Of a stretch of 64,000 bases of DNA, positions 10,165-18,625 are shown piece by piece; position 1 is the first letter of the stretch; each line of letters begins with the position of its first letter. The position numbers and the translations under genes were made by a program. Origin of the DNA: an uncultured Nitrospiraceae bacterium (GTDB lineage: Bacteria; Nitrospirota; Thermodesulfovibrionia; Thermodesulfovibrionales; Dissulfurispiraceae); the NCBI GenBank assembly GCA_963727805.1, contig CAVSHF010000003.1:864001-928000 (forward strand). Direction: 5' to 3'. A model generated the notes under the pieces. That model worked only from the letters and a program-made list of their open reading frames with translations, was not told the DNA's origin and searched no databases.

Positions 10165-11193
10165 CTATCGAAGTATCCTGACAGCCTCATGCTTGACTGA
10201 CAGCAGACCGTCAACGTAAATGAAATCAAGATAGTTGGGCATCTCATTGTGGGCGACCCGTCTCTTCTTCAACGCCCATCGTGTCTGATCCTCAAGGTCA
10301 ACAAGAAGGGCCTGATCAAGCGTTACCTTGGTTGTCCAAATGGGCCATATTTGGTCAAGAAGTAACTTGTCGATTTTTATGAACTCGGCCACGATGCGCC
10401 GTGCTTCCTCGGGGTTCTGTTGTATAAATGTCTCGGCCCTTATGAGTGCCCGAAGAACTTTTTTTATAGTTTCGGGATGTTTCTTCACATATTCCTGCAT
10501 TGCAGCAAGGCAGAAGGTTTCGGTATAGATTGACTCGTCGAAGAAGACTGCTCCTTTGTTCCCCAGTTCTTTCACCAGTAGGTTAAGTGTGGGGTTAAAT
10601 ATCGAAACCGCATCAACCCTTCCCGTGCCCAGTGCCGCTGCCATCTCATCTGGCTTCATGTCAACAAATTTGACTTTCGCCCTGTCGATACCATGGGCAA
10701 GCAGAAATGCCTCCGCAAAGAATTCAGCGGCAGTTCCTAATTTAACGCCTATCCTTTTTGCTTTAAGGTCGGAGGGTAACGCAATACCGCGATCCCGCCT
10801 CGCGACAATAGCGTTGTCCCTGTTTGAAGTCTGGATTGCCGCAAGCACTGTGATTTTCTTGCCGTTCATGACAGCTGAAACTATCGGAGTATCCGCGACA
10901 GTTGCCAGATCAGCTTGGCCATCGAGAACCGCGTCGAGGGCCAATTTTCCAAAGGCATGAGATTGTAGCGTTGCATCAAGGCCCTCTCCCGCAAGGTATC
11001 CCTTCGAAAAGGCTATATACATGACAATAGCATTTACCGCAGTTGAATACGCAATGGTGATCTTTTCAGGCGGTCCGACCACTTTATTTTCTTTATTGCA
11101 GGATGTGCTACATAAAATAAAAGAGGGAATCAAAAGTATTAGAAGAATGTCTCTCCAAAATAACAATAACTTCTTATTACTCAAAGGAACCAT
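10165..11193 (-). CDS. SsuA/NrtA/THI5-type ABC substrate-binding protein (probable lipoprotein)
   Basis: Hydrophobic N-terminus followed by Cys; DLKAKRIGV..GT, GRVDAV, YVKKHPE..KKVLRAL motifs. Confidence 0.85.
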   Translation of the reverse strand: MVPLSNKKLLLFWRDILLILLIPSFILCSTSCNKENKVVGPPEKITIAYSTAVNAIVMYIAFSKGYLAGEGLDATLQSHAFGKLALDAVLDGQADLATVADTPIVSAVMNGKKITVLAAIQTSNRDNAIVARRDRGIALPSDLKAKRIGVKLGTAAEFFAEAFLLAHGIDRAKVKFVDMKPDEMAAALGTGRVDAVSIFNPTLNLLVKELGNKGAVFFDESIYTETFCLAAMQEYVKKHPETIKKVLRALIRAETFIQQNPEEARRIVAEFIKIDKLLLDQIWPIWTTKVTLDQALLVDLEDQTRWALKKRRVAHNEMPNYLDFIYVDGLLSVKHEAVRILR

Positions 11194-11850
11194 GATATAT
11201 ATATATTATCACTATATTTCATGAATAACAATTTTAAAGTGCATTCTAAAGTGCATTATCGCAAGGTGAAGCTACATAATTGTATCTAAAACTTGATTAG
11301 TGTTCCGGAGACTGTTTCGATATCCCACAGCTTTTTCGCTAATAGGAATTTGGGTACGCTCTTATCCCTATACCACTGGCATAAGAACGCGTACTTACTA
11401 ATTACGCTATATCATCAATCACGGTTTTAGCATCCAAGTTCGTTTATATCCTATAAGCTAGGGTGGTGCTGTTTCGACTTGTACCGATTACTCCACTGTT
11501 GTCGTATGCAACATACTGACACCACCTTGAAATGTACAGTTTTCCCATAATATTACGATAACAACTAGACGAGTCGATGTTAGGCTATGCAAATTGCGGG
11601 GTCGACATGAATTCTATTATCGCATTGATTGAGGATGGGGCGGATTTAGCATGTGGTGAGATCCGGGTGCACAAGGCTGCTATTCAATACCAATTTAAAT
11701 AGAGGTGTTTGCAACTGCCACCGCATCAGGGACCGGAGACGAACTCCTAGAATGGGTAAGAGAGAATCGTCCGAAGACTTATATAGTGTGTTGGTTGGGC
11801 AGGTAGTTACTGAAAGAAAAGACACACGGCAATCATGACAGGGGGATATC

Positions 11851-13662
11851 GTGAGAAAGAAACTAGGGGATGTCCTGAGAGAGCAGGGGCTACTCTCAAA
11901 CGAGCAACTTGAAAATGCAATTGAGCACCAGAAGATTACCAGAAAAAATCTGGGGGAAACTCTCGTCACTCTCAACTATGCTACAAAAGAACAAGTAGTC
12001 GAAGCCTTGGCTGAGGCGTTTTCTCTGCCAATAATCGTCTTCGCGAATAATATCGACATAGTACTACGTCAGGAACTCCAAACTATCATACCAAAGAAAA
12101 TGGCCAAAGAGAAGATTATCTTCCCGCTTGAGAAGACCGATTCCACTCTTGTTCTGGTCATGGCCAACCCCATGGATTACAGCACGATAGACGACATTTC
12201 GTTCAACACCAAGCTTAGGATATCCACGATGATCTCCTACGAAAGCGCAATTCTCGGCGCAATAGAACATTATTATGTCGAAGGAGCAAGTAGTCTCGGA
12301 CTTCTTGACAATTACAGCTCGAATATCAGCGCCGACATCGACGCCGAAAACGAAGTCCAGTTCTTCTCTGAGGCGCAAAAAGTAGAAGAAACTGACTCCA
12401 ATATAGAGTCGCTGTACTCAAAGAGCAAGGCTCCCCCAATCGTTAAACTGGTTGCCATGATGATCGCAGAGGCTATCAAGATGAGTGCCAGCGACATCCA
12501 TATCGAGCCCCAGCGCGGCATGATACAGGTGCGGTTCAGGGTCGATGGAGACCTTAGGAATATCTTCACATATGAACGGAATATACACGACTCTGTCATA
12601 TCCCGCATCAAAATCATCTCAAATTTGGACATTACCAACCGCCGTCTGCCGCAGGACGGTGGTAGCCATGTCATGCTCAAAGGTAAGGAGATCGACCTCA
12701 GGATATCCACGATACCCTCCATATACGGAGAAAAGATAGTCATCAGGCTACTTGAGCAAAGTTCAGGCGTCGTCACACTACAGGGGCTTGGCATGCCTGA
12801 GGCTATGAGAAACTCGATTTCCAGCATTCTGAGGCGTCCGCAGGGTATGCTCATCGTTACAGGACCGACAGGGAGCGGCAAAACAACTACCCTTTATGCC
12901 GCACTTAATCATATGCGGTCGGAGACCAGGAATATTGTGACAATCGAAGACCCTGTTGAGTACAAAGTCGATGGCATTACACAGATACAGGTGAAGGACG
13001 ATATCGGAAGAACCTTTGCCAATATCCTAAGGTCCGTTCTACGGCAAGACCCTGACGTAATTAAGGTGGGCGAGATTCGTGATGCCGAAACAGCAGAAAT
13101 TGCCATGAGAGCATCCATGACAGGGCATCTGGTGCTGACGACTCTCCATACTAACAGTACTGCCGCGACGATAACGCGCCTCATCGATATGGGCGTAGCT
13201 CCTTATCTGCTTGGCTCATCTCTTAGCGCAATACTGGCACAGCGCCTTGTTAAGAAGATATGTCCATATTGCAAGGTTGAGTTGCCGGTATCCGATGAGC
13301 TTCTGGCACTTATGGAAGGATTCGAATTGCCTGAGATAACGAGGCATTACAAAGGAGAGGGTTGCCAGCATTGTTACAAAACAGGCTATCTCGGGAGAAC
13401 GGCAGTTTATGAGTACCTCCCTGTTAGCCTCGGCGTTAAGACGCTGCTCTTCAAAGATGCATCGGAGATAACTATAGCTAGGGTTGCCAAGCAGGAAGGC
13501 GTTAAACTTTTGTTCGTCGATGCATGGGAAAAGGTCGGGCAGGGTATCACTACTGCCGAGGATGTATTGGCGAAGATCCCTCTTGAAGAGGGACTGGTTA
13601 GCAAGCTACCCCAGACCTCTCGTGGAGCGGTAGAACTCGTGGAAGCAGTCGTTTTGTCATAG
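11851..13662 (+). CDS. GspE/PilB-family secretion/pilus assembly ATPase with N-terminal MshEN-like domain
   Basis: KLGDVL..QGLL...QLENA..HQ repeat; ASDIHIEP; RRLPQDG; GPTGSGKTT; LRQDPD; Zn-binding CPYC/CQHC. Confidence 0.93.
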   Translation: MRKKLGDVLREQGLLSNEQLENAIEHQKITRKNLGETLVTLNYATKEQVVEALAEAFSLPIIVFANNIDIVLRQELQTIIPKKMAKEKIIFPLEKTDSTLVLVMANPMDYSTIDDISFNTKLRISTMISYESAILGAIEHYYVEGASSLGLLDNYSSNISADIDAENEVQFFSEAQKVEETDSNIESLYSKSKAPPIVKLVAMMIAEAIKMSASDIHIEPQRGMIQVRFRVDGDLRNIFTYERNIHDSVISRIKIISNLDITNRRLPQDGGSHVMLKGKEIDLRISTIPSIYGEKIVIRLLEQSSGVVTLQGLGMPEAMRNSISSILRRPQGMLIVTGPTGSGKTTTLYAALNHMRSETRNIVTIEDPVEYKVDGITQIQVKDDIGRTFANILRSVLRQDPDVIKVGEIRDAETAEIAMRASMTGHLVLTTLHTNSTAATITRLIDMGVAPYLLGSSLSAILAQRLVKKICPYCKVELPVSDELLALMEGFELPEITRHYKGEGCQHCYKTGYLGRTAVYEYLPVSLGVKTLLFKDASEITIARVAKQEGVKLLFVDAWEKVGQGITTAEDVLAKIPLEEGLVSKLPQTSRGAVELVEAVVLS

Positions 13663-13680
13663 CAGGATGACAAGATAAGA

Positions 13681-13968
13681 ATGCAAGAAAGAGATAAAAT
13701 GGGAATGTACAGATTGGCGAACAAGGTTCGTAATGAATTGCGCGAAGCTGCCGAACATGGCGATGTTGCCCTATTCCGTGAACTGCGGTTCAGTGCTAGC
13801 GTGTGTGTCCACCGCTTCCCGAAAATCTCGACTCGTATGCAAACTAAATGGTCGGAGCTAATCACCAGTGGTGTGCATTACTTGGTAGAACGCCTCCCTT
13901 CAGCGAGTCAGATCAAGGCGTGTCAGAAGGAGACAATAGACGATTCGTCAATGATAGTTTTTTGGTAA
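13681..13968 (+). CDS. Hypothetical protein
   Basis: 95-aa ORF directly after the ATPase; no recognised motif. Confidence 0.3.
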   Translation: MQERDKMGMYRLANKVRNELREAAEHGDVALFRELRFSASVCVHRFPKISTRMQTKWSELITSGVHYLVERLPSASQIKACQKETIDDSSMIVFW

Positions 13969-14013
13969 TCACCAAATTCCTGGCATGGGTAAAAGCACAT
14001 GACTTTCAGTCAA

Positions 14014-15210
14014 CTATACAGCAGCCACCTCCTTTTTAAACGGCATTCTGTGTGTAAGCATAGAGAAGATAACCCTGATCAGCTTGTGAGTGGTTGCCAT
14101 TAATGCCTTCATCTTAGGCAATCCTTCAGCGACTCTTCTAAGGTAATATTCTCTGAATATATTGTCAGATCTTATTGCACAGAGTGTAATAAGATGGCTG
14201 ATGCGCCTCATATGACGATTCCCTCGTTTTGATATTTTGCTTGGCCCCACATGCTTCCCTGACTGATGAGTCGATGGATCGATCCCCATGTAAGCTATCA
14301 AACTCTTATATGATTTGAAGTTGGACAGCTCTCCCATCTCCGCCAGAAAGCTGCATCCAAGAATGTTTTTCACCCCATCGAGACTCTTCATTATCTCAAG
14401 CTCTTCGATCCGTGTTGCCTGACAAGCCTCTACCAATGCCTCGGTAATCTTCTCACACTGCTCCTGAAGATACAGGATCGTAGTTGCCTTCTCAGAGACA
14501 ATAAGCTCTTTCGCTTTACCAGCTGAGCCCACCGAGCGCTTTGCAGCAGCAATAAGATCGTCGGCGCTAATCTGGACTCTCTTGTGCTTCTCCCCAGGAC
14601 AGAGAAGAGCTTTGTCGATATCTTTTCTCTTGGCCTGCCGAATTAATCTGGCTGAAGGATACTGCCTAATAAAGTTCAGCATCGTATCAGTGTAAATATT
14701 CTTGCGGAGTGTCTCAAACTCGGGGAAAGTGCTCTGCAGCAGCCGTTTGAGGTCATTCTTAAGTGATGCGATCATCCATGACTGAGACTCTCGTTCCCTG
14801 GCCAGATCCCTCAGATCCTGTGCATCTTGGGTTGACGTCACCACGCAAAGCTTCTTCTCATTGTTCAGAAGAAACTGAGCTATGGTCATCGCATCCTTCT
14901 TATCTGTCTTGGTCTTTCTCAATGACCCCTGAACAAATTTGGATATCAGAAGTGGATTTACAACCACACAACGAAGTCCCTCCGCACATAGGAAGGAAAA
15001 GAGATTGATATGATAACAGCCGGTGGATTCCATCGCAACAGCAATATCATCCAGGTTCACACCGCATCCCTTAATCGCAGTCCGAAGCTCTGCAAACCCT
15101 GCTGAGTCCATTGAGAACCCTAAGTAAAAAAGCTTCTTCTCGTCACTACCGATGCCTTGGGCAGTCGAGTGCTCTTTTGACACATCGATGCCAACGAATG
15201 CTTTGCTCAT
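14014..15210 (-). CDS. IS110-family transposase (DEDD RuvC-like recombinase)
   Basis: VGIDVSK, MESTG, KTDKKDA, GIDPSTHQSG, ISKRGN motifs. Confidence 0.95.
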   Translation of the reverse strand: MSKAFVGIDVSKEHSTAQGIGSDEKKLFYLGFSMDSAGFAELRTAIKGCGVNLDDIAVAMESTGCYHINLFSFLCAEGLRCVVVNPLLISKFVQGSLRKTKTDKKDAMTIAQFLLNNEKKLCVVTSTQDAQDLRDLARERESQSWMIASLKNDLKRLLQSTFPEFETLRKNIYTDTMLNFIRQYPSARLIRQAKRKDIDKALLCPGEKHKRVQISADDLIAAAKRSVGSAGKAKELIVSEKATTILYLQEQCEKITEALVEACQATRIEELEIMKSLDGVKNILGCSFLAEMGELSNFKSYKSLIAYMGIDPSTHQSGKHVGPSKISKRGNRHMRRISHLITLCAIRSDNIFREYYLRRVAEGLPKMKALMATTHKLIRVIFSMLTHRMPFKKEVAAV

Positions 15211-15219
15211 TTTCAAGCA

Positions 15220-15405
15220 CCTCCCGCATAGGATCTTAGGCAGGAATGCCTCCCAACCATATCTCCATCTTTACAAGAGCTCGTAGCCCTATCAACTTAT
15301 CATGGCTTTGGGAGGCAGGGGACTGACTGAAAAAAGGATTCAATGACCCTGTAGCAAACCACGTCCTCCTGCCTCTTTATGAACAGTTAATAACCGTCCA
15401 TACTA
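15220..15405 (-). ncRNA. Putative IS110 bridge RNA
   Basis: Stems GAGGCAGG/CCTGCCTC and GCCTCCCAA/TTGGGAGGC enclose two large loops with internal hairpins; loops carry segments matching target and donor flanks; ends approximate. Confidence 0.65.
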
Positions 15406-15771
15406 TCGTTATACCATATTTGATGTGTAGGAGTAGTTACCACCTGACAGCAGATTCTCTCAGAAGTAATCGCGATACCCCGACGCGGTGATGAAGCTTT
15501 GTTTTTACCGGTAATCATCGAGGGGCTATACTCTTATCCGCTATGCAGTCATACCGCAGTCATTTTAGCCAAAAGTATGAGTTCCTCCCTCAATATAATT
15601 ATCATAATCGGACCTCTACCACAACGTGGATTATCTTGATAGACTTATACCAGGCGCCTTGGGAGGGGAGGACAGCTGCGATAGTCCTGTACACGTCTGA
15701 TATTTGCGATTGCACACAATTTGAATTGTTACAAAACAAATTACAAATAAACGAGAAGAGGTATAAACATT

Positions 15772-16203
15772 ATGCCACGGATGAAGAGTGTCGAAATTCT
15801 CCTTGTAGAGGATGATCCTGCAGATGTTGAATTAACACGCGAGGCAATGAAAGATTCTAAATTGCTTGTAACTATGACTGTCGTTGACGATGGAGTCAAG
15901 GCAATGAGATTCCTCAACCAAGAAGAGCCGTACACTGATGCCCGCAGACCCGACTTGGTCATACTTGATCTAAACCTTCCCCGGAAGGACGGGAGAGAAG
16001 TACTGCAGGAGATCAAGAATGACGAAAATCTCAGAAGCATTCCTGTTTGCATCCTCACCACATCTAATGATGCTTTAGATATAATAAAATGCTATGAATG
16101 GGGTGCCAACTGCTGGGTTACCAAGCCCATCGGCCTAAAGGAGTTTACTAGGGTTGTCAGTAGCATCCGTGACTTTTGGTTGACTGTTGTAAAGCTCGCA
16201 TAG
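15772..16203 (+). CDS. Response regulator, Rcp1-like
   Basis: ILLVEDDPAD, ILDLNLPRKDG, ILTTS, TKP, DFWL. Confidence 0.92.
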   Translation: MPRMKSVEILLVEDDPADVELTREAMKDSKLLVTMTVVDDGVKAMRFLNQEEPYTDARRPDLVILDLNLPRKDGREVLQEIKNDENLRSIPVCILTTSNDALDIIKCYEWGANCWVTKPIGLKEFTRVVSSIRDFWLTVVKLA

Positions 16204-16343
16204 ATAGACGTTTCTAAATGGAGATGTCGTTTGCGTCTTTCGGGCAGACTAATAAGCTAAATGATGCCAGTTTTTTGAAGTTAGTATTGTAGAGATTATC
16301 GTCGGCCAGCAATATACGCTTCAGTGTGCATGTCTTCTTATAT

Positions 16344-18079
16344 CTACTTTATTTTTGGCAGTGTAAAGTAAAATGTAGCGCCCCGTCCCTCAGCACCTTC
16401 GGCCCAGACCCTTCCGCCATGGCGCAATATTATGCGCTGCACATTCGCAAGGCCAATGCCAGTACCTTCAAATTCATCTTGGGTATGAAGACGCTGAAAG
16501 ACGCCAAAGAGCTTTTCGGCATATTGCATGTCAAACCCTACTCCATTATCCGAGATTGAACAGGTGAATTTATCATCCTCATCATTGCATCCAATCTTGA
16601 TTTCAGCCTGCGGACGAGTGCTTGTGAACTTAACTGCATTTGAGACAAGATTGACAATCACAAGTCTTAATAGTGATCGATCACCCAGTACGTCAGGCAA
16701 GTCATCGATCTTCCATCTAACCTGCCGTTCCTTCAGTTCATCCTTAATTTCGCGGACCACCTCTTTTAAGAGGGAGTTTAAACTCACCTTTCTCATTTGT
16801 AACTCTGCACGCCCGATGTGAGAAAAAGAGAGGAGATCGTCAATAAGCACCCCCATCTTTTTTGAGGCTGCTATTATCAAAGCCATGTATTGGTGAGTTT
16901 TTTCGTCAGGGTAGTCGAGTAGTTTTTTCTGAAGCATTGTTGCGAATCCGGCCATATGCCGTAAGGGTGCCCGAAGGTCGTGAGAAACCGAGTAACTAAA
17001 TGCTTCAAGTTCCTTATTGACCACTTCTAGCTTCAAGTTCAAATCATCGGCAAGTTCCCTTGCTTTCTTCATCTCATCGTGCTTCTGCTTGCGCTCGGTG
17101 ATGTCATCAAAAACAGCTACAAAATAATTCTTTTCAGTGCTATAAACTGAGATATATAGCCATGCCGCCAAAGGCTTGAATTCGATCTCGAATTTCTCCG
17201 GCTGACCAGTCAATGCCACCCGGCTATAAATCTCGAACAACTCCGGATGTGACTCCTTAATCCCAGGGATTACCTCTGTGACATTCTTACCCACTACATT
17301 GTGCAATCCTGTCAGCCGCCCGAATGCCGAGTTGACGGCGAGGTAGACAAAGTCTGTCGGATTGCCGTTATTATCGTAAAGCATTTTACAATATGCAGAC
17401 CCCTCAGACATGTTTTCAAACAGCGAGTGATAATGCTTTTCGCTTTTCTTTAGCTTCTCCTCTATCCGTTTACGCTCACTGACATCGATTATGATTGCAC
17501 GGGATCCCGTAGTGCCATCGGTGCCTGGCGCCGCGCCTAAATCTATTCGCACCCAGAAGGGGGCGTTGTCATTTCTCATCATTCTCATTATGCATGACTG
17601 AGGTGCTCGAGTTGCCATAAGCTGTTTGTGGCAAAGGTAATATAAGTCCTGATCTTCGGTGGATACAAAGCGGAAAAGCGGCTGCCCGACTAACTTGCTT
17701 CTCTCTACTCCCAACAATGTGGCGGACGATAGATTGGCCTCCAATATTATTCCCTTTTCGTTTAGGGAGACATATCCCGCTGGGGCTAGATCATATAGGT
17801 CAAAATATTTTTCGCGGGCTGCTTCGAGTTCCTGCTGTATGCGGCGCAGCTCATCATTCTGCATCTCCAGTTCGATCTGGTGCACCTGCAGTTCGTGGAC
17901 CATGCGCTGAACATCGGCGGGCGGAATCTTGTCCACTGAGACGGACTGTTTTAACAATATCTCTTCAGCCGGCGCAGGTCTGCACCGTCTTGAGGTATCC
18001 CTGCATCAGATCCGACAGGGAGCTCTTTACCAGGTGGCTGAATCTCGCTCTTCTTCGATGTTTTCTTCTTTCCGGCCAT
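16344..18079 (-). CDS. PAS-PAS sensor histidine kinase; probable frameshift near 17970 (main ORF 16344-17957)
   Basis: HELQVHQIELEMQN, H-box VSHDLRAPLR, GTGIGLA; ATG at 18079 reads into ...DLRR and needs one extra base to continue as AEEILLKQ. Confidence 0.8.
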
Positions 18080-18260
18080 CACGTTCCCCTATATCTGCTA
18101 AAGATCCTTCCCCAAGGGATACAGCAGATCATTTCTACAATATCTTCGATTGGATAATGACTATCGGTTGATATTGTTAGGGATTATTATAACAAGTTCA
18201 TCTCAGTATGGCTAAAGTAAGTACCACAGCAAGAGAAAAGCTAAGGCTGAGCATATTCTT

Positions 18261-18623
18261 TTAGCCGCAATGATAGTCGACCACCGCTAAAAAATCATTA
18301 ATGGCTATTGGCTTGGCAATGTAGTCTCGAAATCCGATCGACATGAACTTTTCCCTATCGCCACTCATGGCGTAAGATGTCAGAGCTATAACCGGGATGT
18401 TCATGGTTAACGGATCAGATTGCAATATCTCAAATGCTTCCATCCCGTCAACCTCCGGGACTTGAATATCCATTAGGATAAGATCGGGCCGATATTCCCT
18501 GGCAATTTTCACGCCCTCGGCTCCATCGTATGCTTCCAATGTCTCATATCCTTTCGCCTTAAGAAGGGCCTTTAGTAACCTTTGGTTAGTTTCCTCATCA
18601 TCTACTATCAGAATTCTCTTCAC
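18261..18623 (-). CDS. Single-domain response regulator (DivK/CheY-like)
   Basis: Paralog of 4154-4516. Confidence 0.92.
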   Translation of the reverse strand: MKRILIVDDEETNQRLLKALLKAKGYETLEAYDGAEGVKIAREYRPDLILMDIQVPEVDGMEAFEILQSDPLTMNIPVIALTSYAMSGDREKFMSIGFRDYIAKPIAINDFLAVVDYHCG

Positions 18624-18625
18624 TT

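Larger units (their letters stand above)
14008..15430 (-). mobile_element. IS110-family element
   Basis: DEDD recombinase plus ~220 bp upstream non-coding end; CT core at both inferred ends (AG on + at 14008-14009 and 15429-15430); no TIRs. Confidence 0.8.

Noticed and set aside
11653..11838. Small ORF or cobalamin-riboswitch-like GCAACTG upstream of the ATPase
   Set aside because: Remaining riboswitch core not found; ORF lacks an RBS and motifs
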